DNA from: Acidimicrobiia bacterium
Lineage (GTDB): Bacteria; Actinomycetota; Acidimicrobiia; Spongiisociales; ZC4RG35
NCBI GenBank assembly: GCA_963665765.1
Contig: OY762464.1
Coordinates: 27,453-91,452 of the forward strand
Length of the DNA: 64,000 bases
Direction: 5' to 3'
The position numbers and the translations under genes are program-made. Within the stretch, counting starts at the first letter, position 1. Each line of letters starts with the position of its first letter. The notes under the pieces are model-generated. The model was not told where the DNA came from, made no database searches, and saw nothing but the letters and a program-made list of their open reading frames with translations. Below are positions 38,654 through 48,845 of the stretch, one piece after another.

Positions 38654-41502
38654 ATGCCCGCCGGCCACACCTACGACTTTTCAGATCGCCACATCGGACC
38701 CCGCGGCCGAGACATCCCGAAGATGCTAGAGGCAGTGGGGGCGGAATCGTTGAACCAACTGATCAACGAAACCGTTCCCGCCTCCATTCGCATGAGGGAG
38801 GAATTGGACTTGCCTCAGGCACTGGGGGAACCGGAGGCGCTCGGAGCCCTCCGGCAGATCGCTTCTCGGAACCAGGTGCTGACATCCATGATCGGTTTGG
38901 GGTATTACAACGTCCATGTCCCATCGGTGATCCTCCGCCAGGTGCTGGAGAATCCCGCCTGGTACACCGCTTACACCCCCTATCAACCAGAGATTTCCCA
39001 GGGTCGATTGGAGGCGCTTTTGAACTTCCAGACCATGGTCTCCGACCTGACCGGGATGGAGGTCGCCAACGCGTCCTTGCTTGATGAGGGAACGGCCGCC
39101 GCCGAAGCGATGACCATGGCTCGGCGAATCTCCCGCCGGCGTCGGGCTGACCGGTTCTGGGTGGATGCCGACGCCTTCCCCCAAACGGTCGAGGTGATCC
39201 GCGCCCGCGCCCGCTTCATGGACATCGATGTTCGGGTCGCCCATCCCGACGACATGGACTATCTGGACGGTGAATCCTTCGGGATTCTTCTCCACTACCC
39301 GGGCGCCGGCGGCGAAGTCCGGGATTTTTCGGCGGCTGTCGAAGAGGCCAAGGAGGCCGGGATGGTAGTGGCGGTCGCCACCGACCTTTTGGCCCTCACT
39401 CTGCTGTCGCCCCCCGGGGAGTGGGGCGCCGACATCGCGGTCGGGTCGTCACAGCGTTTCGGGGTGCCCATGATGTTCGGTGGCCCTCACGCCGGGTTCA
39501 TCGCCACCAAAGAGCGATATGTCCGCACTCTTCCGGGCCGGTTGGCGGGGCTTTCGATCGACTCCAACGGCGATCCGGCTTTGCGACTGGCTCTCCAGAC
39601 CCGTGAGCAGCACATCCGGCGCCAGCGCGCCACTTCCAACATTTGCACCGCCCAAGTGCTGCTGGCGGTGATGGCCTCCTTCTACGCGTCCTGGCACGGA
39701 CCGGAGGGACTGACGGGCATCGCCCGGCGCGTCAACGATCTCGCCTCCCGGATGGCCGCCGGCCTGAAATCGGCCGGGTGGGGGTTGGTCAACAGTGGGT
39801 GGTTCGACACCCTGTCAGTGAGAGCGGGGGAGTCGGCCGAGGTGGTCATGGACAACGCCCGGGCGGCGGGGGTCAATCTCCGCCGCTCCGACCGGGACAC
39901 GGTGGCCTTCTCTTTGGACGAGACCACCGATGAGAAGATGGCATCGGCGGTCCTGGGCGCCTTCGGAGCGGAGTTGCCAGAGAAAGGCGCGAGCCCGGCC
40001 TTCCCCGAGCAACTGCGGCGAGAAAGCCGGTTCATGACCCATCCGGTCTTCACAGCTACCACTCCGAGCACGAGATGCTCCGGTACATCCGGCGTCTGTC
40101 AGATCGGGATCTGGCCCTGGACCGGACCATGATTCCCTTGGGATCCTGCACCATGAAGCTCAACCCCGCCTCGGCCATGCTCCCGGTTAGCTGGCCGGAG
40201 TTCTCCGACCTCCATCCCTTCGCTCCGATCGACCAAGCGCAGGGCTATCTGCAGCTGTTTGCCGACCTGGAGGACTGGTTGGTGGAGATCACCGGATATG
40301 CGGCGGTTTCCCTCCAACCCAACGCCGGTTCCCAAGGAGAACTGGCCGGTCTGGCCGCCATCCGGGCCTATCACCGGGCCCGCGACGAGGATCGCCGACG
40401 GGTGTGTCTGATCCCGTCTTCCGCACACGGGACCAATGCCGCTTCGGCGGTGATGGCGGGAATGCGCATCGCGGTGGTGGACTGCGATGCGCAAGGAAAT
40501 GTCGATCTGGTGGATCTGAAAAGAAAACTCGTCCACCACGGCGCCAACGTGGCTGCCATCATGATCACCTATCCCTCCACCCATGGAGTATTCGAGCAAA
40601 GTGTGGGACAGGTGTGCGAAATGGTCCACGAGGCCGGGGGACAGGTCTATGTGGACGGGGCCAACCTCAACGCTCTGGTGGGTCTGGCTCAACCGGGAGC
40701 ATTCGGCGCCGACGTATCTCACCTCAACCTCCACAAGACCTTTACCATTCCCCACGGCGGAGGGGGCCCCGGGGTGGGTCCGGTGGCGGTGGCCGCCCAT
40801 CTGGCGCCCTATCTTCCCAATCATCCCCTGCAGCACCGGGCCGGTCCGCCCACCGGGATCGGTCCCATCTCGGCCGCTCCGTGGGGCTCGGCGGGGATAC
40901 TTCCCATTCCCTGGATGTACATGAGGATGATGGGGGCGCCCGGACTGAAAAGAGCTTCGGAAACAGCCATCCTGGCAGCCAACTATTTGGCGACCCGACT
41001 GTCGGAGGATTATCGGATTCTCTATCGGGGAGAGCAGGGGAGAGTGGCCCACGAGGTGATCATCGACCTTCGGGAGTTCATGTCTTCGGCCGGAGTCAGC
41101 GCCGAGGATGTGGCCAAGCGGCTCACCGACTACGGGTTCCACGCGCCCACGCTCAGTTTTCCGGTGCCCGGGACTCTGATGATCGAGCCCACCGAATCCG
41201 AGCCTCGGGCGGAGTTGGATCGGTTCCTAGAGGCCATGTCGTCGATTCGCGCCGAGATACGCCGGATCGAGGATGGTGAATGGCCCCGGGACGACAACCC
41301 TCTTCACCATGCGCCCCACACCGTCCGGGTGGTCACCGCTGACGACTGGGATCGCCCCTATTCTCGGTCCACCGCTGCTTACCCTTCTGCCGACATGGCT
41401 CCCGACAAGTACTGGTCGCCGGTAGGAAGGGTCGATTCGGTGACCGGTGATCGCAACCTGCAATGTTCGTGTCCGCCTATCGAGGCTTATCTTGGACAGT
41501 AA
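38654..41502 (+). pseudogene. gcvP: Glycine dehydrogenase GcvP (single-chain type) split by a 1-nt deletion near 40052
   Basis: TPYQPEISQGRLE, REQHIRR; then [20 protein letters not shown] in another frame; ttc-ac-agc-tac-cac junction. Confidence 0.9.
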
Positions 41503-41851
41503 CCGTCGTCATCTCGATAAAGAGAGTTCTCGAAGAAACTTCGAGCTATGGATTCACACGCCGCAGTAGAACCATTTCGATAGGAAATGGGGGACCGGGG
41601 GAAAGTACGCAGTGCCCGTCACGACGGGAAACAAGGAAGCGTCTGGTCCAAGGAGCTCAAGAGGCAACCGAAGAATTTTGACCATCTGAAAAAGATGACT
41701 GGAGTGAACGCATTACCTAGCACCAGTGGTTGATCTTTTTTGGAATGTTCACCACTTCGGAGAGGCAGGGCCTTTGGACAATGGGACCAGCACGTTCCGG
41801 CTAACCGGCCCGTTCGATATGCATTTCACCGGCTTCGCCATCCTCCTTGAG

Positions 41852-42232
41852 TCACAGTGCTTCCACCACAACGTCTTGGGCGTGGATGGCCAGATGAGTC
41901 AAATCGTGAAGATCGGATGTCAAGACCAAACCACCAGGCTCCGCAACAGCTATCACCAGCGCGTCAACTGCGGAGCCGCGGCGCGCTCGGGTTCTCAAAA
42001 AAGCGGCTCGACGAGCCAAACGTTCGGGGATGTCTTCAACAATGTCACATGTTTTCAGCATCCGGTTGGCAGCGGCGTCCCGAGACCCATCACCATGCAG
42101 AGACTCGATCAAAACAGGGCTGGGCACAACTGGTGGCCAAAAACCCTGGCCTTATAGTGCTGCAATCCGGGCAACCGTTCTTTGCGAACGCTCCGAGAGT
42201 CGGGTAACCGCCCCGGAGTCAAGAACCAGCAA
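41852..42232 (-). pseudogene. vapC: VapC PIN toxin with in-frame TAA at codon 27
   Basis: LVLDSGAV...AAL*GQGFWPPVVPSPVLIE...SAVDALV...LTSD.DL; stop at 42152-42154. Confidence 0.82.
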
Positions 42233-42233
42233 T

Positions 42234-42482
42234 CTATCCGGCTGCTCTTTCTGCCCGGCGGACCAGCCGGCGAGCAAGGTCCTCTGCCCGGGCGGTTTCG
42301 GTGGGATCCGGTTCTCCCACCTCGGCAATTAGCTCCCTCAGGAACCGGTCGGTTTCATCTTGAAGTCGGCGGTGTTTCAACTCGATCCGAACAGCCTCCT
42401 GAAGCAACTTGGACGCTCCCAGGCCGTGGTTTTTGACGGCCCGGTAGAGATGGTCCGGTAGGTAAACCTGCATTCTTGGCAT
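42234..42482 (-). CDS. RHH-type antitoxin (VapB/CcdA-like)
   Basis: MPRMQVYLPDHLY..SKLLQEAV; immediately upstream of the PIN gene; TATAAT 7 nt before ATG. Confidence 0.8.
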   Translation of the reverse strand: MPRMQVYLPDHLYRAVKNHGLGASKLLQEAVRIELKHRRLQDETDRFLRELIAEVGEPDPTETARAEDLARRLVRRAERAAG

Positions 42483-42573
42483 ACGTCCCATTATACGCAT
42501 AAGTAACGGATTGTGGTGAGTCCGGCGGCCGGTTCGGTAGGCTTTGAGGTCAACTTTGAGAGGAAGATCTTCC

Positions 42574-43089
42574 ATGGACCGCGTCCCTCGTCGCTTAGCT
42601 TCTCCCACTATTCACCCCACGGCTTTTGTCGCCTCCACCGCCCGGATTTTCGGGGATGTGGTGATCGAGGAGTCGGCGGTGGTGATGTTCGGGGTGGTGA
42701 TCCGAGCTGAGACTGACCGGATTGTGGTGGGGGAGGAGACCAACATCCAGGACAATTCCGTTCTCCACGCGGACCGGGGATACCCGACTCTGATCGGCCG
42801 GCGGGTGACCGTCGGGCACCTGGCTCTGGTGCACGGGGCGGTGGTGGGAGACAACTGCCTGGTGGGGATGGGCGCTCTTGCCCTCAACGGTTCGGTGATG
42901 GGAGAGGGCTCATGGTTGGCGGCCGGGTCGGTGCTGGCGGAGGGCAGGGAAATACCGCCTTGGACCATCGCGGTCGGAACGCCCGCCCGTCCGCTGAGAG
43001 AATTGCGCCCCCACGAGAAAGAACGGGCCGAAATGGGTGTCGAGGAGTATCTCACCCTGGGAGCGACCTACCGCCGACTGGAAAGTTGA
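42574..43089 (+). CDS. Gamma carbonic anhydrase family hexapeptide-repeat protein (PaaY-like)
   Basis: IHPTAFVA, NIQDNSVLH, VGH.A.VHG. Confidence 0.88.
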   Translation: MDRVPRRLASPTIHPTAFVASTARIFGDVVIEESAVVMFGVVIRAETDRIVVGEETNIQDNSVLHADRGYPTLIGRRVTVGHLALVHGAVVGDNCLVGMGALALNGSVMGEGSWLAAGSVLAEGREIPPWTIAVGTPARPLRELRPHEKERAEMGVEEYLTLGATYRRLES

Positions 43090-43123
43090 GAACCCCCGGC
43101 CTTTCCGGAGAGTCCTTTGACTC

Positions 43124-43837
43124 TCACGAAATCGGCGAGCCTATCGTCAATTCCTCAACCTCGAATGCACCTTCACTGTGGTGACGCAGATGGTCGGGTC
43201 GACCCGTCAGAACCGGGAAAGTCCCAAAATGCATGGGTATCACTGTCTCCACTCCCAACAGACGGGCCGCTTCGGCCGCCGATCGCGGGTCCATGGTGAA
43301 GTGCCCACCGATCGGAAGGCAGGCGATGTCAGGCTTCCAAAGCTTCCCGATCAATGCCATGTCTCCGAAAACGTCGGTGTCTCCGGCGTGATAGACAGTG
43401 GGTCCCCCGGGAAAGTCAAGCACCCAACCGCCTGCCGAGCCACCGCCGGCTATTCCTTCTTCGCCCAGAATGCCCGAGGAATGAACGGCGTTAACGAAGG
43501 TGGCCTTCACTCCGCCCGGCGCTGATACCGTGCCACCTTTGTTGAGGGGGATGGTCTGGTCGTCCTCCAAGCCCTGCTGCATCAACCAGATCTTTATTTC
43601 GAAGATCGAAAACACCGTGGCGCCGGTGGCCAAGGCAATGGATGCGGCATCGCCGAGATGGTCGAAGTGGCCATGGGTAACGAAAACAGCATCAACCTGC
43701 TCGGGGCGTTTCTCTTCCGTGGGACAGAGGGGATTGTCGCCGAGGAACGGATCAATCAGAAAGGTGGCGCCGTCGTCAAGTCGAAAGCGGAAGGCGGCAT
43801 GCCCCAGCCAGGTCATTTCCACTCCATCAAGTTGCAT
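43124..43837 (-). CDS. Metal-dependent hydrolase (UPF0173, metallo-beta-lactamase fold)
   Basis: WLGHA, IDPF, THGHFDH, YHAGDT, PMHFGTF. Confidence 0.9.
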   Translation of the reverse strand: MQLDGVEMTWLGHAAFRFRLDDGATFLIDPFLGDNPLCPTEEKRPEQVDAVFVTHGHFDHLGDAASIALATGATVFSIFEIKIWLMQQGLEDDQTIPLNKGGTVSAPGGVKATFVNAVHSSGILGEEGIAGGGSAGGWVLDFPGGPTVYHAGDTDVFGDMALIGKLWKPDIACLPIGGHFTMDPRSAAEAARLLGVETVIPMHFGTFPVLTGRPDHLRHHSEGAFEVEELTIGSPIS

Positions 43838-43882
43838 GGTCGGTCTCCTTGCCTCGTGTCTATATCTCCCAAATATTAGCGG

Positions 43883-43911
43883 TTGACTAACGAACGGTCG
43901 TTCGTTAACAT
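43883..43911 (+). promoter_or_regulatory. paa promoter overlapped by putative PaaR operator
   Basis: TTGACT-17-TAACAT, 7 nt before ATG; perfect palindrome TAACGAACG-GT-CGTTCGTTA at 43888-43907. Confidence 0.8.
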
Positions 43912-43918
43912 CAACCCC

Positions 43919-44857
43919 ATGACAGAACACCATCCGGGACGCCACCGTTTCGAAGCTCTTCTGGCTGCCGAGGAGAAGGTGGAACCGGCCGATTGGATGC
44001 CCGATGGCTATCGCCAGACCCTGATCCGTCAGATTGCCCAGCACGCCCACTCCGAGGTGATCGGAATGCAGCCGGAAGGAAACTGGATCAGCCGAGCCCC
44101 CACCCTCAAACGAAAAGCCATCCTGATGGCGAAGGTTCAGGATGAAGCAGGCCACGGCCTCTACCTCTACTCGGCGGCGGAGACCCTGGGCATCACCCGA
44201 GACGAGATGATGCGCCTGCTGCACGAAGGCCGGCACAAATATTCCTCCATTTTCAATTATCCGACTCTCAGCTGGGCCGACATCGGGTGCATCGGTTGGC
44301 TGGTGGACGGGGCGGCCATCACCAACCAGGTGATGCTCACCCGCTGTTCCTACGGTCCTTACGCCCGGGGAATGGTGCGGATCTGCCAGGAAGAGTCCTT
44401 CCATCAACGCCAAGGTTTCGAGATTATGTCCACTCTCAGTCGAGGCGCCCCCGCCCAGCGGGAAATGGCTCAGGATGGGCTGAATCGGTGGTGGTGGCCA
44501 TCGTTGATGATGTTCGGCCCGCCCGATTCCGAATCCACCCACAGCCGGCAGTCCATGGAGTGGAAGATCAAGCGGGCCTCCAATGACGAACTCCGGCAGC
44601 AATTCGTGGACATGACCGTGCCTCAGGCCGAATACCTGGGTCTGGCCGTCCCCGATCCGGACTTGTCCTGGAATGCCGAGCGCGGCCATTACGACTTCGG
44701 CGAGATCGACTGGGAGGAATTCTGGGCGGTGGTGAGAGGAAACGGGCCGATGAACCGCGAACGCATCGCCCACAAGCGGGCTGCCTGGGAAGAAGGGACC
44801 TGGGTCAGGGAAGCCGCCTCTGCCTACGCGGCCCGCCGGACCGGGAAGGCAGCCTGA
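43919..44857 (+). CDS. paaA: Phenylacetyl-CoA epoxidase subunit A
   Basis: [28 protein letters not shown]. Confidence 0.96.
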   Translation: MTEHHPGRHRFEALLAAEEKVEPADWMPDGYRQTLIRQIAQHAHSEVIGMQPEGNWISRAPTLKRKAILMAKVQDEAGHGLYLYSAAETLGITRDEMMRLLHEGRHKYSSIFNYPTLSWADIGCIGWLVDGAAITNQVMLTRCSYGPYARGMVRICQEESFHQRQGFEIMSTLSRGAPAQREMAQDGLNRWWWPSLMMFGPPDSESTHSRQSMEWKIKRASNDELRQQFVDMTVPQAEYLGLAVPDPDLSWNAERGHYDFGEIDWEEFWAVVRGNGPMNRERIAHKRAAWEEGTWVREAASAYAARRTGKAA

Positions 44858-45207
44858 TGTCCTATTCGGTTCCCCGGCTGGCCGAAGAACGAGACACCGA
44901 CTTCATGCCACAGGGTGAAGGCAGATTTTCAGGATGGTCCTTGTGGGAAGTGTTCATCCGTCAGCGGAGGGGCATGTCCCATGTCCACGCGGGGAGTCTG
45001 CATGCCCCGGATGCGGAAATGGCGCTCCAGTCGGCTCGTGATGTTTATACCCGGCGAGGCGAAGGCATCAGTCTGTGGGTGGTGAGGTCATCGGACATCA
45101 CCGCTTCAGACGCCTCCGACGCCGATTCGCTTTTCGAGCCGACCGGCGACAAACCCTACCGGGAGGCCACTTTTTACCAGGTCCCCGCCGAGGTCAAGTG
45201 GTTGTAA
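44857..45207 (+). CDS. paaB: Phenylacetyl-CoA epoxidase subunit B
   Basis: WEVF, GSLHAPDAEMAL..ARDVYTRR.EG. Confidence 0.95.
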   Translation: MSYSVPRLAEERDTDFMPQGEGRFSGWSLWEVFIRQRRGMSHVHAGSLHAPDAEMALQSARDVYTRRGEGISLWVVRSSDITASDASDADSLFEPTGDKPYREATFYQVPAEVKWL

Positions 45208-46001
45208 CCGGAACGTCGGAAGGGGGTGCCGACCGCCTCGCCGGAGTGCCCGGATCGTCACTGTTCCGCTATGTGCTCTACCACGCTGACGACAACCTGA
45301 TTCTGGCTCAACGTCTGGCGGAGTGGATTTCCCGAGCGCACGACTTGGAAGAAGACATCGCTCTGGCCAACATCGCTCTGGATTTGTTGGGTCGGGCCCG
45401 TATGCTGCTCGCCTACGCCGCGCAACTGGAGGGGAAAGGCCGCTCCGAGGACGATCTGGCCATGTTCCGTTCCGAACGGGAATTCACCAACTTGCTGCTG
45501 GTGGAGCAGCCCAACGGTGATTTTGCGCATACGATGGTCCGCCAGTTTTTCTTCGATGCCTACCAACTCGGTCTGTGGAAAAGTCTGATTCGATCCGCCG
45601 ACTCCCCGCTGGCCGCCATCGCCGGAAAAGCGATCAAGGAGACTCGCTACCACCTTCGACACTCATCCCATTGGCTGGTGAGGTTGGGCGCCGGAACAAC
45701 CGAGAGCCGCCGGCGAACCCAAAGGGCCATCGACGGGCTGTGGCGTTTCGTGCCCGAGATGTTCGAGCCGGACGAGGTTTCCGACCCTCTGGCCGACGCC
45801 GGGATCGGCGCCTGTCCAAACCGGCTCCAACCGGCCTGGGACCTATGCGTGCAGGACACCTTTTCGACCGCGGGATTGCTACTCCCCGACGATCCTTTTT
45901 CCCGCTCGGGGGGGCGGTCGGGATTTCATACCGAACACCTCGGGTATCTGCTGGCCGAGATGCAGTGGATGCAGCGCTCCTATCCGGGGATGCAATGGTG
46001 A
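45198..46001 (+). CDS. paaC: Phenylacetyl-CoA epoxidase subunit C
   Basis: LEEDIALANIALD, KETRYH, HTEHLGYLLAEMQ. Confidence 0.95.
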   Translation: MVVTGTSEGGADRLAGVPGSSLFRYVLYHADDNLILAQRLAEWISRAHDLEEDIALANIALDLLGRARMLLAYAAQLEGKGRSEDDLAMFRSEREFTNLLLVEQPNGDFAHTMVRQFFFDAYQLGLWKSLIRSADSPLAAIAGKAIKETRYHLRHSSHWLVRLGAGTTESRRRTQRAIDGLWRFVPEMFEPDEVSDPLADAGIGACPNRLQPAWDLCVQDTFSTAGLLLPDDPFSRSGGRSGFHTEHLGYLLAEMQWMQRSYPGMQW

Positions 46002-46471
46002 TCACCGCCGAAGAACTCCGACTCCGACTGGGGGCGGTACCTGATCCTGAGCTTCCCTGGGTCACCATCGAAGACTTGGGAGTGCTGCGGAGCGTCTTTT
46101 TACACGACGAGCGGGCGGTGGTGGAAATCACTCCCACCTGGTCGGGATGCCCGGCCATGGACGCCATCTGTGATTCCATTCGCCAGGTGCTGAATGAAGC
46201 CGGTTTCGGCCCCGAGAACATCGAGATCAACACCAACTACAGCCCGGCTTGGAGCACGGACGACATCACCGATGCCGGTCGACACAAGCTCGCCCGGGCC
46301 GGCATCGCCCCTCCCCGAAGACCGGCCGAACACCCCCGCGGGGCAACCTCATGTCCGCGTTGCCTTTCCGGCGGCGTGCGACAGGTGAGCGAATTCGGCG
46401 CCACACCCTGCAAAGCGCTGATGGTCTGTCAGAGCTGTCTTGAACCCTTTGATCGATTCAAGGAACTGTGA
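45995..46471 (+). CDS. paaD: Phenylacetyl-CoA epoxidase subunit D
   Basis: VPDPELP, TPTWSGCPA, CPRC, FGATPCKA. Confidence 0.93.
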   Translation: MVITAEELRLRLGAVPDPELPWVTIEDLGVLRSVFLHDERAVVEITPTWSGCPAMDAICDSIRQVLNEAGFGPENIEINTNYSPAWSTDDITDAGRHKLARAGIAPPRRPAEHPRGATSCPRCLSGGVRQVSEFGATPCKALMVCQSCLEPFDRFKEL

Positions 46472-47550
46472 TGGGAACGCCACCGGTGTTCCATCGCCTA
46501 CATGTAGTTGAAGTTGAACGTGAGACCGATCAGTCGGTGGTGGTCACCTTCGAGGTCCCCACCCATCTGAAGTCCGACTTCTCTTATCTGCCCGGCCAGC
46601 ACGTCACGGTGCGAGCCGAGATCGAGGGAGAGGATGTGCGCCGTAGTTATTCGTTGTGCGCCGACGCCGGCGCCGGTCGGCTTCGCATCGGAATCAAGCG
46701 GCTTTCGGGAGGAAAGTTCTCCACCTATGCCAACTCCGTTCTTCGGGCGGGGGATTTTTTGGAGGTGATGCCGCCGGTGGGGGAGTTCACTATCGAACCC
46801 GATCCGAGTTCCACCCTTCACTACGCAGCGGTGGCGGCGGGAAGCGGCATCACCCCGGTTCTTTCGCTCGTTTCCACCGCGCTTCGGGCCGAGCCGCAAT
46901 GCCGCTGGACATTGCTGTTGGGTAACCGCTCGGCCGCTTCCATCATGTTCCTTGAAGACCTCTCCGCACTAAAGGACCGGTACACCGACCGATTTCATCT
47001 GATCCACATGCTCAGCCGCGAGCACCAGGCCACGCAGCTTCTCAGTGGAAGGATCGACCGCCCCCGCCTCCAGGGGATTTTCTCCACCCTGGTTGATCCG
47101 GACTCGGTGGATCTTTGGTTCTTGTGCGGCCCCTACCAGATGGTGACCATGGCGCGGGAGGTCCTGGAAGACCGGGGAACACCGCCCGACCACATCCGGG
47201 ACGAGCTTTTTTTCGCCGGCCCACCCCCGGTTGGGGCCCGAGACTCAACCAACGGGGACGAAGCCGTTGGAAGCGTGGAACTGATGTTCACCCTGGACGG
47301 ACGAACATCGACGGTGCGCATGACGCCCCCGACTCGGGTCCTGGACGCGGCTTTGACGGTCCGCCATGAGTTGCCATGGTCCTGTCGGGGAGGCATGTGC
47401 GCCTCCTGCAAGGCCAAGGTCCTGGAAGGAGAGATTTCCATGGAGCACAACTACGCTCTGGTGGCCGAGGACTTGAAGGCGGGTTTCGTGCTCACCTGCC
47501 AGGCGGTTCCGAAAAGCGACCGGGTGGTCGTGGATTTCGACCAGAGATGA
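46471..47550 (+). CDS. paaE: Phenylacetyl-CoA epoxidase reductase
   Basis: RRSYS, AGSGITP, SCRGGMCASC..LTCQ [2Fe-2S]. Confidence 0.94.
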   Translation: MGTPPVFHRLHVVEVERETDQSVVVTFEVPTHLKSDFSYLPGQHVTVRAEIEGEDVRRSYSLCADAGAGRLRIGIKRLSGGKFSTYANSVLRAGDFLEVMPPVGEFTIEPDPSSTLHYAAVAAGSGITPVLSLVSTALRAEPQCRWTLLLGNRSAASIMFLEDLSALKDRYTDRFHLIHMLSREHQATQLLSGRIDRPRLQGIFSTLVDPDSVDLWFLCGPYQMVTMAREVLEDRGTPPDHIRDELFFAGPPPVGARDSTNGDEAVGSVELMFTLDGRTSTVRMTPPTRVLDAALTVRHELPWSCRGGMCASCKAKVLEGEISMEHNYALVAEDLKAGFVLTCQAVPKSDRVVVDFDQR

Positions 47551-48167
47551 CCGCTCCCACCTCTCACAGCCGGGAGAGCGTGATCCGGGCGGCCGGGAAA
47601 CTGTTCGCACTGCGCGGGTATCACGGCACCTCCATGCGGGATCTGGGAAACGAACTCGGGTTGCTCAAGTCCTCCCTTTACTCCCATGTTTCATCCAAAG
47701 AAGACTTGTTGCTGGAGGTGGTGAAACGGGCTGAGCACCTCTTTCGCGACTCGGCCCGAAGGGCGATCCTGATCTCTTCGGGAGAGGCCGACCGGCTGCG
47801 AAAACTCGTCTGCGGGCACCTGCAGGTGATCCTTGATCATCGGGACGAGGCCAGCACCTTCCTGAATGAGGCTCGGGCGTTGGACGAGCGCTACCGGGAA
47901 GAGGTGATCGCCGCCCGCGACGGCTATGAAGGAGTATTTCGCCAGGTGATCGCCGCGGGTGTCAGGAGTGGAGAGTTCCACCCCCGGGTGGATCCGGTCA
48001 CCACCGGCATCTTCATTCTCTCCATCCTCAACGCGGTGGGACGCTGGTACCGGCCCGATGGAAGGTTGGGACCCGATGACCTGGCGGAGGAGATGTGGCG
48101 TTTCATCAGCTCCGGGCTGCTCCACTCCGAACGTCCGGACAACCCCGATGACGATCCTCAGACGTAG
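47547..48167 (+). CDS. paaR: TetR family regulator (PaaR-like)
   Basis: GYHGTSMRDL..SLYSH..SKEDLL; WYRPDG; last gene of paa operon. Confidence 0.82.
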   Translation: MTAPTSHSRESVIRAAGKLFALRGYHGTSMRDLGNELGLLKSSLYSHVSSKEDLLLEVVKRAEHLFRDSARRAILISSGEADRLRKLVCGHLQVILDHRDEASTFLNEARALDERYREEVIAARDGYEGVFRQVIAAGVRSGEFHPRVDPVTTGIFILSILNAVGRWYRPDGRLGPDDLAEEMWRFISSGLLHSERPDNPDDDPQT

Positions 48168-48832
48168 GACATCTCCCGGCGGAACTTCTTCCAGTCAGAC
48201 ATTTTCACCGACCATGCCGCATCGGTGAGGACCTGGAGCACCCCCTGAGCCAACAGCAACCAGGCGGTCCACGCCGGGAATTCGGCGGGAAGAACCGCCG
48301 CCAGCATCACAAATGGTATCAGTTTGGTAACAATGGCCCCCGAGGCATGCATCCAGGCCCTGCATCGGGGAGCGGCCCGGAGATAGGTGTCGTAGTCAAC
48401 TTTCACCCCCGGTTGGAGACGACTCCAAGATCCGACGAACCAATGGGTGAAGCGGATGCCGACCGCCGCGCCCACCATCAAGTGCCCCAGTCCGTGGGTG
48501 GTGGTCACCAGCAGACCGCCGCTCGCGCCCAGCAGCACCAGCCCGTTCCACGGATCGGACAGACCCCACGACCAAACCACCAGAATCACGCCCACCAGGG
48601 TGAGCAGTCCCATCACCGCCGTCCCCACCCGGGCGCTGACCGCCCAGAGCGTCCATTGCAAAAACGCCTTACGATCGATCTCGGCGATCCGGGGCGCGAA
48701 CCGGTCCACCAGATCGGGATGGGACTTGACGGAAGCCACCGCTTTCCAAAACCCGGTACCGGACAGGCCCTGCCCGGCTTCCACCGCGCTTTGGGCGGCC
48801 GCCAGCGCCCCTTCTATCTGACGGGTATCCAC
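48158..48832 (-). CDS. Hypothetical membrane protein
   Basis: TM helices, H.L.H motif, MHASGA; start uncertain. Confidence 0.6.
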   Translation of the reverse strand: MDTRQIEGALAAAQSAVEAGQGLSGTGFWKAVASVKSHPDLVDRFAPRIAEIDRKAFLQWTLWAVSARVGTAVMGLLTLVGVILVVWSWGLSDPWNGLVLLGASGGLLVTTTHGLGHLMVGAAVGIRFTHWFVGSWSRLQPGVKVDYDTYLRAAPRCRAWMHASGAIVTKLIPFVMLAAVLPAEFPAWTAWLLLAQGVLQVLTDAAWSVKMSDWKKFRREMSYV

Positions 48833-48845
48833 ACCGGGTGGCCGA

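Noticed and set aside
41749-41841. 30-aa ORF downstream of vapC preceded by AGGAGG
   Set aside because: The SD abuts the ATG with no spacer and the peptide has no recognisable features
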